From positions 310,001 to 374,000 of the forward strand of contig JASTWF010000340.1 of assembly GCA_030390025.1 (NCBI GenBank): a stretch of DNA of 64,000 nt. Direction: 5' to 3'. Both the position numbers and the translations under genes were made by a program. Origin of the DNA: Squalus acanthias (Eukaryota). How positions within the stretch are numbered: the stretch's first letter is position 1; the number at the start of each line of letters is the position of its first letter. The notes under the pieces are model-generated. The model did no database searches, was not told the DNA's origin, and saw only the letters and a list, made by a program, of their open reading frames with translations. This document shows positions 50,616-62,750 of the stretch, piece after piece.

Positions 50616-50667
50616 TGGAGGTGCCGGGGATTGAATTTAGGCTCGCATACCACTGAGCTACATGCAC
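50616..50667 (-). pseudogene. tRNA-Ala pseudogene lacking the anticodon arm
   Basis: Reverse complement GCATGTAGCTCAGTGGTA..TTCAATCCCCGGCACCTCCA. Confidence 0.7.
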
Positions 50668-51144
50668 GGGACACAATGCGAATGACATCAAGGATAGAAG
50701 GACTGAGTTCCTTACATTCTTAATGTCTTCTTAATTCTTAAAATTATCTCCATTTGTGCTCCAATTATGGACTGAAGTATGTGCACCTGATACAAGTGTG
50801 GGTGAACAGAAGAAACCAGAGCGCAGCTGTCAGTGAACTAGAAAAGTGCCGTTGAGAAGGAAGACATGGGGGTCTTCTTGGGATCTTCCCTCAGGGAAAG
50901 AGGAGACTAAGAGGTGACCTCATGGAGATCTTTAACATTATGAAGCGATTACAAACATATAATCACAGAATCTTACAGCACAGCAGGAGCCATTCGCCCC
51001 GTCATGACTGTGCTGATGGTACCAGTACTAGGGGACACAGATTTAAGGTATTTGGCAAGAAACACAGGAGGGACGTGTCGAAAAACTTTTTTCACGCAGT
51101 GTGAGTTGAAGACCTGGAATTTGCTGCCGAAGGAAGTGGTGGAA

Positions 51145-51945
51145 CCCGTGGACCATCTTCCATACCTCGGGTACCTACTGTCGACTATGGCAGACGTCGA
51201 TGACAAAGTTCAGCACGCCCTTCAGTGTGCCAGTGCAGCCTTCGGCCGCCTGAGTAAGATTGTTTTTGAAGACCAGTACACAAACCCAGCACCAAGCTCA
51301 TGGTCTTCAGAGCAGTAGTGATACATGCCCTCCTGTTTGCTTAAGAGACATGGACGATGTAAAGCAGTCGCCTCAGAGCACTGGAGAGGTACCAGCAACG
51401 CAGCCTCCGCAAGATCCTGCAAATCCAATAGCAGGATAGGGGCACCAACGTCAGTGATCTCGCTAAGGCCAACTTCCCCTGAATCGAAGATATGACCACG
51501 CTCAATCAGCTCCGATGGACGGGTCACATCGTCGGCATGACCGATACGAGACTCCCAAAACAAGCGCTCTACTCAGAGCTCCGACACGGCAAGAGAGCCC
51601 AAGTTGGGCAGAGGAAACGCTTCAAGGACACCCTCAAAGCCTCCTTGAAAAAGCGCTACACCCCCACCGGCACCTGGGAATCCTTGGCCCAAGATCGCAC
51701 AAAGTTGAGGAGAAGCATCCGGGAAGGCGCCGAACACCACGAGTCTCTTTGCCGGGAGCAAACGGAAGCCATGCGCAAGGAGCGCGCGTCAACCCAAGCA
51801 CCCCACCGAGCCGCCCCTTCAACCACCGCATGCCCCACCTGTGACAGAGACTATAGGTCCCGCATTGAACTCATCAGTCACCTGAGAACTCATTTCTAGT
51901 GGGGATCAAGTCATCCTCGATTCCGAGGAATGCCTAAAAAGAAGA
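51145..51945 (+). mobile_element. RTE-clade LINE 3' fragment inserted in a CR1 fragment (~50880-52130)
   Basis: HLPYLG..ASAAFGRL, QLRWTGHI..RLPKQALYSEL..RKRFKDTLK, C2H2 CPTC..LISHLRTH, AAG tail. Confidence 0.85.
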
Positions 51946-52336
51946 ACGACGGAAGCGGATACACGCAATGTTTTCAAGGGGGGACTGGATCGGCACTTGT
52001 GGGAAATCAATTTGCAACACTACGGGGATAGAGCGGGTGAATGGGACTGACTGGTTGGCTCTACAGAGAGCCGGCACTGTCTCGATGGGCCAAATGGCCT
52101 CCTCTGCCCTTAGACTCTATGACTCTACGATCGGATTGGAGCACAGGGAATGTTCAACCGGGAAGTTTGGAATGGCGAACGGGTAAGCGGCTTAGCGATG
52201 GTGTGTGCGAGAGTGGCAGCAAGCGTGGCGCGGTCATTAGATTTTAAGAAATCGAAGAAAGGTTTCATCGAAGTCTCAGATGTTGAAACTCAAAACACAA
52301 CATTTTGCAGAAAACTATGGTGAAAAATTTACATTT

Positions 52337-52408
52337 TGGGGCTGTTAGAGATTGAACCTGGCACCTCGCACATGCGAAGCATGCACTCTACCACTGAACT
52401 ACACCCCC
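52337..52408 (-). pseudogene. tRNA-Ala(CGC) probable pseudogene
   Basis: GGGGGTGTAGTTCAGTGGTAGAGTGCATGCTTCGCATGTGCGAGGTGCCAGGTTCAATCTCTAACAGCCCCA; G3:U70 lost, T-stem mispaired. Confidence 0.8.
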
Positions 52409-52669
52409 AACCGATGATTTGAGGCATTGAAAGAGAGACGGATTGGGAGCCTTACATTTCCAATCTCCATTTGTGTTCCAGGTCTGTGCTGAAGCAGGAG
52501 CAGCTGATGCAACTGTGGGTGAAGAGAAGAATTCTGGCTTCGTCACTCCGAGAAAGAGAAAGGGGAAATGAGAATGAAGACTTGTAGAATTGTTTGGCCT
52601 CTTCGTTCTTGGATAAAGTAGACTGAGAGGAGAGCTCATGTAGGCCTTGAACATTATGGAGGTGTTAAA

Positions 52670-53440
52670 ATCATTGAATATTACAGCACAACAGGGGCTA
52701 ATTGTAATGTCGTGCCTATGCCGGCTATTCATCCCTCACCCCAGCGTTTTGCCAGAACCCTGCAAATTAGTTCTTTTCCAATAAATGTCCAATTGCTTTT
52801 TGAAGTTGCTGTGGAATCTGACTCTACTATCTTTTTAGGGAACTCGTTCCTGTACTTAACAACCGTCTGTGCAACAATATATATTGCAACTATGATGTCT
52901 GGTTACCATTCCAGTTGTCAGAGGAAATAGTTTCCCTACTTGCTCTATCAAACCCCCTAATGTTTTGAATATCTCTATTAAGTCTCCCGTTAACTGTCTC
53001 TGCGATAAGGAGAACAATCCCAGGATCTCCAATCTCTCCACATAACTTTTATCCCTTAACCCTGCTACCATTCTAGAAATCTCCACTGCACCCTCTCCAA
53101 AGCCTTGCCATTTTGCCCAAAGTTTATGCCCATAATTCAAAACAATACTCCCACTGAATCTAACCAGTGTTTTATGAATATTTAGAATAACTTATTGACT
53201 TTTCTTCTCTATTCCTCTACTGATAAAGCCAAGCATCGCATGTGCTTTTTAACAGCCGTGTCCTGCCACCTTCAAAGATTTGTCCACATACACCTCCAGA
53301 TCTCTCTGTTCATGCACCCCTTTAAAATTGTACTATTTCGTTCATATTGCCTCTCCTCATTCGTCCCTACAAAATATATCACGCCACACTTCTCTGCGTT
53401 AACTTCCATCTGCCATGTGTTTTCCCATCCTTCTTGAAGG
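52670..53440 (-). mobile_element. Old CR1 3' fragment
   Basis: YVERLEILGLFSLSQRQLTGDLIEIFK. Confidence 0.75.
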
Positions 53441-53732
53441 CGATCAGAGAGTCAGCAACCACAACACTGGCCGGCAACGCATTCCAGAGGCTGACTGCTC
53501 TCTGGTAAATGTAACGCCGCCTAAAATTCAGTCTATTCCTCCCTCTGTGTCAGGCTGAGAATATATTCTTGTTAAATTGATCGGATTGGACGGCAAGAGC
53601 AGATGGGAGATGCTGTTCAACCGGCAAACGGGGAAGCGGCGGTGAGATGGTGGGTGTGAGAGTGGTAGCAAGCGTGGCGCGGTCGATAGATTGCAAGCAA
53701 TGGAAGAAACAAAATTGTAAAACTTTTGGATT

Positions 53733-53787
53733 CTCTGAGTAACTGAGACACAGCGCGGTTGGAGACGTGTGTCTCAGTTACTCAGAG
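53733..53787. repeat. Perfect 20-bp inverted repeat with 15-nt loop
   Basis: CTCTGAGTAACTGAGACACA (53733-53752) / TGTGTCTCAGTTACTCAGAG (53768-53787). Confidence 0.95.
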
Positions 53788-54141
53788 CCAATTTCTGCAC
53801 AGCAAGCTCCCGCAAACAGCAATGTTGTTATGACCAGATAATCTTGTTTTGTTGATTGACGGATAGTTTTTTGGCCCAGGACACCAGCGATACCTCCCCC
53901 ACTCCTCTTTGGAATAGTGTCATGGGATCTTTTACTCCCACCTGAGAGAGCAGACGTGGTTTCGGATTAAAATCTCATCCGAATGACGGCACCTCTGATA
54001 ATGCAGCGCTCCCTCAGTACTGCACTCCCTCAGTACTGCACTGGAATGTCAGCCTCGATTTTTGTGCTCAGTCTCTGTGGTGGGACTTTGAACACACTAA
54101 TTTCTGACTCAGAGGTGAGAGTACTACCAACTGAGCCACTG
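53786..54141 (-). mobile_element. Deu-domain tRNA-SINE (SacSINE1-like); another 5' part at 54935-55135
   Basis: Reverse complement begins GTGGCTCAGTTGGTAG (A-box)..GTTCAAAGTCCC (B-box), followed by the Deu-type core. Confidence 0.8.
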
Positions 54142-55889
54142 TAGACCCTCTCCATATAATACAGTATAATGCTACACAGCGCACCGTAATACAATTCATT
54201 AAATTATAATATATTATAATATCAAATAATGCACTGTAATGTAATTAGTGTACTCTAACACAGTTTAATAACATTTGTTACACCATAATACATTTAGAGA
54301 GGTATTAGAAGTATAATACCATATGAAGAATTACAGAACAAGTATATAATTACAATAGAGTCTAGTACCATAAAATAGACCGTAATGTAATTAATGCACG
54401 ACAATACACTATAATACCACAGAATCACAGAATACTACAGCACATAAGGTGGTCATTAGGCCCGTCGTGCCTGCGCCTGCTCTTTGAAAGAACTGTCCAA
54501 GTTAATCGTACACCCCAGCTTCCTCTCCATAACACTGCAAATTAGTCTTCAAGAATATGTACAAGAGCAGTTTGAGATTTCCCAAGGAATCTGCTTCCAC
54601 CACGCTTTCGGGTCGTGCGTTCCAGATTTTAGCCATCCACTGTGTAAAAAAATCCTTATCTCCCCTCTAATTATTTTGACAATTTCTGTAAATCTATGAA
54701 CTCTGATTACCGACCGCTTTGCCAGTGCTCTACATTTATCACCACCTGCTGCATCAAAATCCTTCAGCATTTTGAATGCCTCTATTCGGTTACCTCTGAA
54801 TCTTCCCTGTTCGAAGGAGAACAATCCCAGTTTCCCAACACTCGCCACATAATTAAATTCCCTCATCCCGTGCAACTTCCTGGTAAACCTGCTCTGTAAC
54901 CTCTCCAAAACCTTTACATCCTTCCTCCTTCGCCTGCATCTGAGAGAGCAGAAGGGGCCTCGGTTTAATGTCTCAACCGAAAGATGGCACCTCCCGACAG
55001 TGTAGCGCTCCCTCAGCACTGCGCTGGAGCGTCAGCCTCGAATTTTTGTGCTCAAGTCTCTGGTGTGGGTCGTTGAAGCTACAACCTTCTGACTCAAGAG
55101 CGAGAGCGCAGCCCACTGAGCCACGGCTGACACTGTAATGAACCGCCCAAAATCAGTTAAACTGAAATGTCGGTCGCAGTAGTGGAGCTAAACATTCATT
55201 AGAGGTTTTGTCGGCTGTTGTTAAGCGTTTCAATAAATGGGTGAACAATTCCTCTAAAATGGTGCACAGTGCAGAGTCTAAGGAAACTGTACATCTGCGA
55301 GAATCAACAACAGCGATCTCTGTGCTTTCAATCATTTCTGATCACAAGGTGGGATCTCAGATGAAATCGCTCACTTTCAAGCACAGCAGAAGATGTGAAA
55401 AGGTCTGCCCCATCCTTAAAGGAAGAGACTGATCTCTGAATAAAAAACAACAAATTAAGTAACTGCTTTGAGAAGCCGTTTGCACAATCAATACCGTAGC
55501 AACTTACGTGGAGCGCCAATAGCTGCGAGGACGGGATAGTAAATGGCATACACCGGACCAATGGCTGGTCCGTGCATTTTCTATGAGGAGCGATGTGAAT
55601 CCTACAAGCTGTAGACTTTATCTCTGTGTCACATTCAATGGATTCCTCGGTTAAACCTGTCGGGAGTCTCCAGTGAATCAATTATCCTCATGTAAGTTAC
55701 AGTCCTCTGAACAAACAGATTACGTCACTCGGTTTCGTGCCAGTGTTCCTATCCATGCAATAGAATAGAGATTCCCAAACTGGGGGCTATGGGGGCGACG
55801 AGCTGATTAAGGGGGACCAAGAAGCCACCGGACATTGCGGTCCAGACAGCCTGCTCTCGTTTCGCTGGAGTTACTCCGCCGGAATTACT

Positions 55890-56530
55890 GCAAGAGTACT
55901 GCGTACAATTCTGGTCACCACATTACAGGAAAGATGTGATTTCACTAGAAAGGGTACAGAAGAGATTTACGGGATGTTATCAGGACTGGAGAATTTTAGC
56001 TTTGAGGAAAGAGTTGATAGGGTCATCGACCTGAAACGTTAACTCTGTTTCTCTCACCTAGTTGCGGCCTAGCCTGCTGAGCATTTCCAGCATTTTATCT
56101 TGTTATTTTCGATAGGCTGGGTTGTTTGATTTTGAACAGATAAGGCTGCGGGGAGACTTAATTGAGGTGTACAAAGTAACGAGGCACCTTGATAGAGTGG
56201 ATGGGAAGCACCTATTTCCCTTAGCAGAGAGGTCAATAATCAGGGGGTGTAGATTTAAAGTTATTGGTAGAAGGATTAGAGGGGATTTGAGGAGAACTTG
56301 ATTCACCCAATGGGTAGTAGGGATTTGAAACTCACTGCCTGAAAGGGTGGTAGTGGCAAAAACCCTCATCACGTTTAAAAAGTACTTGGATATGCATTTG
56401 AAGTGCTGTAACCTAGAGGGCTACGAACTGAGAGTTGGAAAGTGGGATTAGGCTGGCTGGCGCTTTCTCGGCAGGCACAAACACGATGGGCCGAATGGCC
56501 TCCTTCTGTGCAGTAAATTTCCAAGATTCT
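55890..56530 (+). mobile_element. CR1 3' fragment with a short repeat inserted at ~56021-56105
   Basis: EYCVQFWSPHYRKDV..RLRGDLIEVYKV..3'UTR ACGATGGGCCGAATGGCCTCCTTC. Confidence 0.8.
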
Positions 56531-57199
56531 ACAAGCGGAATCTCCCGTCCGATAAATTCTAATGATATGACTGGACTTCATCATAAATGTTAAACGTTCA
56601 GAGGAGCAGAACTGAAAGAGCTAAATGGCACAAAATGAATGATGTTAACAACAGTTACCAATAAAATATGTCATGGCATTTATTGCATAACGTGCCCTTG
56701 ATGTCGTTACTACACTTAATAAAAATAACAACACTTATTAACATGATAACGAAGCTAAAAATAGACAGAGGACTCAAACACATATATACATTCTATTCAC
56801 AACCACAAATACATAGAATACACAACAACTTTAATTTAAATATTTTTAGACTATTGTTAAAAGCATTCTTTCTATTCATCTGTCCATACTTATTTTTAAC
56901 CCTATGCCTTTAAAACAAACGTTTTCAATTCTCATCGTGATATAAAAATCCATGGCCCCTTCCCTCCCCATCACAGTTACCTTCTCGAGCCCCACAATTC
57001 TCTTTCTTATGTTCAAATCCCACCATGGCCCCGCCCCTCCCTATCCCTGCAAACTCCTCTAGCCCCACAATTCTCATCCTTATGTTCAAATCCCTCCATG
57101 GCCCCGCACCTCCCTATTTATGTAACCTCCTCCAGCCCTACAACCCTCCGAGACCACAGCAATCATCAAATTCTTGCCTCTTGGATATTCATTACAACA

Positions 57200-58935
57200 G
57201 GTTTCCATGTAACACAATCGCTGTCAGTTTCAGGATGTTCCAGTTTTCTTTTTAATCAACTGCAACGTAAAATGGACAACATATCCGGAGCTAACGGCAT
57301 CTCACTCAAATCGATCGCAGGATGTTTGTTCAGCCAATTAGAGGAACAATGAGCGATACAAAATATAAAATTAAAATGCTGGATCGATACAGTAGGTGGC
57401 GCTCTTCTGAGGTATGGGTTGAGTCACTTTGTTGTATTTTACTGACCTGCGCATTCGTTTCGAGCGGGAAACGGTTAATTCCCAACACTGGAGTACCTGA
57501 CCATGATGGGAGCTAATGTTCTAACACAGCTCAAATGATTGACGGTGTTGTTCTGAGTGCATAGTCCAATCTGGAACCTTCATTCAGTCTAATATTCAAA
57601 TATTATGATGTTATACATTGCAACATTCCAATTCAGTGATATGATGGGTCGAATGGCCTCCTTCCTCTTGAACATCCCTCATTTTCTGCACTCCACCTCT
57701 GACGGCCTTGTCTTCAGTTGCCAAGGACCTAAGGTCCGGAACTTTTTCCCTTAAACTCTGTCGAATTTTGATTTATAATCGCTCCTGTGAAGAGCCTTGG
57801 GACATTTTACGGCGCTCCATAAATGCTTGTTGTTGCTTTTGTTGATGGACAGGTATTCTGGCACACTGAGTATCAGGGATTCACTGCTTCAGGGAATATT
57901 AACAGTTCCTATTACCCGTCAGACGCGGTCCTGGTAGAAGAAATATCAAACTCAGACTCTTTTTACCAAAGCCCCTTGTTATTGTGATTATTAATGAAGT
58001 TTCAGACTCGGTGAACTTATTGAACCAACGGGGGAATGTGTGGTTCTTGATGAAATCGCCCTTGATTTTGAGTGAAGGTGTTTAATGCACTTATTTAATT
58101 ATACTCGTCTAAACTAAACCTCTTCTTTGCGGAAATGTGAGCTCCCAGTCACAGTATGATATGGTTCGGCATGGCTGTGGAGGTGAAAGCGGTTAAGGAA
58201 CAGAGCTGCACAGATTCTGTTCCGCATTTTAATTCAAATGTTTCAAATGAGCATTCTCAGTTTCGAACACATCTCTAAATGTGTCGGTGCATTTCAGCGG
58301 AGGCCATTACAGTTCTCTTCTACTGAGGAGAGATGGAATGTTGCACCATAACATCATTAGTTTTGTTTTCACCATCATTTCCATGATGGAGATAGTATTT
58401 GAGGAAGACGGTAGAAATCAATCAATTATTATCAACAGTAAACCAGCTCAATATGGGATTCATATTAAACATACCCGTGTATTTTCACTATACCCGATCT
58501 CCGTGTAAAAATACTGCTGTCAGTTTCTGGATGTTTCAGTTTTCTTTTTAATCGACTTCAGCGTAAAAGCAGCAACGATTCTGGAGCAAACCGCATCTCA
58601 CTAAAGCAGCCCAAATGATGGAGGTTTAACGAAATTCAGAAACGATGATCTATACAGTAGGGGGCGCTCTTCTGAGATTTGTGTTGATTCACTTTGCCCT
58701 TGTATTTTGCTATAGTGCGCATGACTTTTTAGTGTTTGATGCTGACACTAAGAGGCTGAAGGGGGAAACGGTCTCTTGCAAGCACTAGAGCTCCTGACCA
58801 TGTTGAGAGATGAGGCTCTAACTAAAGACAAATGATTGACGGTGCTGTTCTGGGTTCATTGTCCATTCTAGTCTCCACATCCTGAGATAACTGTATGAAA
58901 TTTAAATGTTCCCATGTTGAACCTTGCAAAGTTCC
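57200..58935 (+). repeat. ~430-bp direct duplication (57200-57635 and 58497-58935) upstream of gene 2
   Basis: Shared GCTGTCAGTTTC.GGATGTT.CAGTTTTCTTTTTAATC, CAAATGATTGACGGTG.TGTTCTG and a CTCF-like motif. Confidence 0.85.
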
Positions 58936-58939
58936 AATC

Positions 58940-59114
58940 CTTATTTAATTGTGGTGCGATTGCTTTAATTGTGGGGCCACCTCACTTCCTCTCAGCCTCT
59001 GTTTCAGCTCTCATTCTCTGAACGCTTCCAGGTATGACCATCCTGGAGGGGGAGCAAGAGACTCAGTCGCCATTCCTTACAGCTCTCTTGTCTGAAAGTA
59101 GCTCACTCTAGAAC
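58940..59114 (+). promoter_or_regulatory. Candidate TATA-less leukocyte promoter of gene 2
   Basis: RUNX-like TGTGGT at 58950-58955 and PU.1/ETS box CACTTCCTCT at 58983-58992, ~130 bp before the ATG. Confidence 0.5.
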
Positions 59115-59145
59115 ATGTACACAGCCGCCTTGTTACTGATGTTTG
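59115..59145 (+). CDS. Ig-receptor gene 2 (tandem paralogue), signal-peptide exon S1 (MYTAALLLMF)
   Basis: AACATG start, 31 coding nt, G|gtgagt phase-1 donor; downstream intron 60200-60900 is homologous to 3044-3750. Confidence 0.7.
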
Positions 59146-60745
59146 GTGAGTCGTGAAACAATGTTTTACCTAAATTACTGCATTCCAGTTCTTTGAAGTA
59201 ACTGAGTGGGCAAATATAAGCGTTAGAGCGGGACTGAGCCCGGCAGTGTCCGATCTCCAGTAGCTCAGTGGATGACAGCAACTCCTAGTTTGGTGTGAAG
59301 CACTTTAGATTGGAAAGCTGTCGGAGCGGATACTTGTTTGTGCAGAATTCTCAGTTGGTAACGTTGAGAGAGTGCTACTGGTTTTAGTTTTCGGGAGAGT
59401 TGGGTGACTTAGGGCGGAGAGCGAACTGAGAGAGTGCCCGCTGCTGATCGTTACCGTGTGGCTCCATTGTGAAATGTTGATAAGCGGATGTCCATTGAGG
59501 AGACTGTCAGGGTCCACGTTTATACCTTCTGTAATCAGACTTTTCACGGACACACAGCGTCTGAGCTCAGAAATGGAAAGTGTCTGCTCTACCCAAGTGT
59601 AAAACAGAAAAGCGCCGCCCTTACAACCGTGTTCCAGGGTGAATCGCCTCCTTTATAAAGAAAGGGAAAGGATTAGACTTATTGAAATAAAACGGTTACA
59701 TTTGTGCCTGTCAATGCACAATACAAGCTGATTAGGTTGGAGGTTTCACAAAGATTTTCACTTGAACTAAATGTTCTGCTGTCGGCTCTGTAAAGCCTGT
59801 TAATTTGCTGAACAGAACAGGAATGCTTCCAGTGGGCAAAAGAAAATCCCTTCCTGCCGGCACAGACACGATGGGGCGAATGATCTGCTACTGTGCCGTA
59901 CGCTTATATGATTCTAGGTTTCAGGTGATTTAGAGAGAGAAAGAGGAGTAAAAATATTTACAGTCAGTGGATATTCCAGTTGACATATTTGTAGTTCTGC
60001 CGTTGGTTCTGCGACACGGTTGTTTCTGTGAGAAGCTTAGTTCCTCTTTCTTTGAACTAAAGCTCCTTCGATTTGAAACCGCTGCCTTCCGGTATGACAC
60101 TTAACTGTCCTTGTTCTCTGCAGTACTGACCATTTTCCCTTTGTTGGTTTATTGTTCATTGTCTTTGCCATCTTGCATCTCAATTTAAGGCGCCTTGTGA
60201 TATTTGTGTGCGTGTGTGTACTGTCTGTAAAACTAAAATTTTCTGGTGAATAATTCAGGCAGCTTTCAGATCTAGGAATTTATTTTAGGGCCACTTCCTC
60301 ATTCAGTGTGCAGGAGCTGAACATTTCACTGAGATATAGATCTGACAGTGAGCGGAGTCTAATGTCCTTCAACAAACACAGTGCTGCAGCTAACTTTTGT
60401 GCACAAAATTTATCTCTTAATCTCCATCATGTTCAAGCTCAATTCCCACCGTTAATGCCTCCAGCCATTCCATAATGGAGCTCCGCCGCTTGCATTGCCA
60501 TCCTGTTCCGTGGTATGGTCGCATGTGGAGATCTGTAGAGATGCTCAGTATTTGCACATGACTCCACCCAGCTGCTCTCCGTTATCTTTCACTGATGGTT
60601 ACACTCAGTCACAAAATGGACCGTTTTTGTGTCTGATCATCATTTAAAGCTGGTTTGTGTCATTAGGCCCAAGGTACATCTTGATCCTTTCCCTGGATTA
60701 TTGGAATTGTTTACAAACGGTCATCTCAATTCACCTAATTTAATT

Positions 60746-62750
60746 AGAATCATGGAATCTTACAGTGCAGAAGGAGCCATTCGGCCTGTCCTCCCTGTGT
60801 CGGTTGTTTGAAAGATCTGACCAAATTAGTCCCAGCCTGGACCATTTTACCCTTAACCATGCAAATTAGTGCTCTTCAAGTAAAAATCCAATGGCCTTAT
60901 GAAAGTTCCTATGGAATCTGATTCCACCTTCCTTAATGGTGGTGTGTTCCAGATCATAACAACCTCCTGTTTCAAATATTTTCGCATCATTTCCCCTCTC
61001 GGCGTTTTTAACATTATTTTTAAATCTGTGACCTTTGTTTGCCGACCCACTTGCAAGGGGACAGAGTTTGTCGCAACTTGCTCTGTCAAAACACCATATC
61101 ATTGCGAGTACCTGTATCTGGTCTCCCACTGGCATGTTCTGTTATAAGGTGAACAATTTCAGCTTCGCCAATTGAGGTCCCTCATCCCTAGTATCATCCT
61201 GGAAACCTTCTCTCTATCCTCCAAAGTACTTGACATCGTTTATAAAGTGTGGTGCTTAGACTTGTTCACAAAACTCCAGTTGAGGCCTAACCAGTGATTT
61301 GTAAGTGTTTGTCATGACTTCCTTGTTGTTGTATTCAATGGGTGTTTTTTGAAAGCCAATCATCCCATCCACGTTCTATACTGCTTTGTCAAATTGCCCA
61401 GCCACCTTCAATGATTTGTGAGTATGTTCACCCAGTTCCCTTCGCTCTTTTACCCATTGAAAATATTGTCATTTACATTAAACTGCCTCGCCATATTGTT
61501 TCTCCAAAAGTGCTTCACTGCACAGTTAGCCGCAGTAAATTCCATCTGGCATATGTCTGTCCATTTCACCACTCAGAATAATCCTCCTGAAGTCTGCTGC
61601 TATCCTGCTCACTATTTACAACTTTGCCAAATTTAGCATCAAACGCAATATTGGAAATTTTATCCGATATACACAAGTCCAGGTCATTTTTATATAACAG
61701 AAAAATCAATGGTTTTAACACCGACCCCTGGGGTACACCACTGCTTACTTCCACATGGTCAAGACAACATCTGTACAACACTACTATCTGCCTCTTATCT
61801 CTTAGACATTAATGAACTCTATTCACCACCGTCCTTTTAATACCACGTGCTTCTACTTTTCCAGTGAGTCTGTTATGTGATACATTATTGAAATTCTAGA
61901 TACACAACATCTACAGCATTCCCTTCATCAACCCGCATTCCTACTTCATCAAATAACTCAATCAGGTCAGTAAAACACGATTATACTTGAACAATTTACT
62001 TTAATACTGGACAGATGGCTCTCCCTTATTAAACCATGCCTCTGTAAATGAGAACTAATGCTGTCAATGACTGTGGTTGTCAGTAGTTTTCCCACTGCCG
62101 AATGTAGACTGATTAGCCTGCAGTTACCAGGTTAATCGCTCCCCCCGTTTTTGAACAGTCAGTGACATTTACAATCCGTCAGTCCTCTGGCAACACTCCC
62201 ATTCCCAAGGGGGGTTGGAAGACTATGATCAGAACCACTGCTATCTCCACCATTGCTTGCCTCAGCAATGCAGGATGGATCCCATATGGACCGGGAGACT
62301 TGTTATCTTTGAGAGATTCCAACACATTTATCACCTCCTTTCTACCTATTTTATTGTATCCAATATATATACTCCCCATCTTCTACTGCAACTGCAACCT
62401 CTTCTTTTGTGAAGACAGATGCAAAATACTCATTCAGTACCTCTATCATATCATCATCCTCCAGAAGAATATTTCCTTTTTGACCCAAATCGGCCCCACT
62501 ATTACCTTAACTATCTATTTAGTTTTTATATGTGAAAGAGTGTTGTATTCCTGTTAATGTTAACCGCTAATCTGTTTTCGTAATCTCATTTGCCCTTCTT
62601 ATTTCGTTTTTCAATTGCCGCCTGCACTCTCCGGATTTTACGGGTTATTCTGCTGCATTCGTGAACTTGACATTTGTCATAAGCCTGCTGTTTCTGTTTA
62701 GTTTAAACCGTATTCGCTTGCTCACCCAGGCACTCTAGCTTCTGAAGCCC
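60746..62750 (-). mobile_element. Old degraded CR1 ORF2 (further fragments at 62780-63370 - and 63720-63880 +)
   Basis: SGVPQGSVLKPLIF, KSPGPYGIHPALL; 3' end sits at the same position as the CR1 tail at ~3600 in the paralogous intron. Confidence 0.8.
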
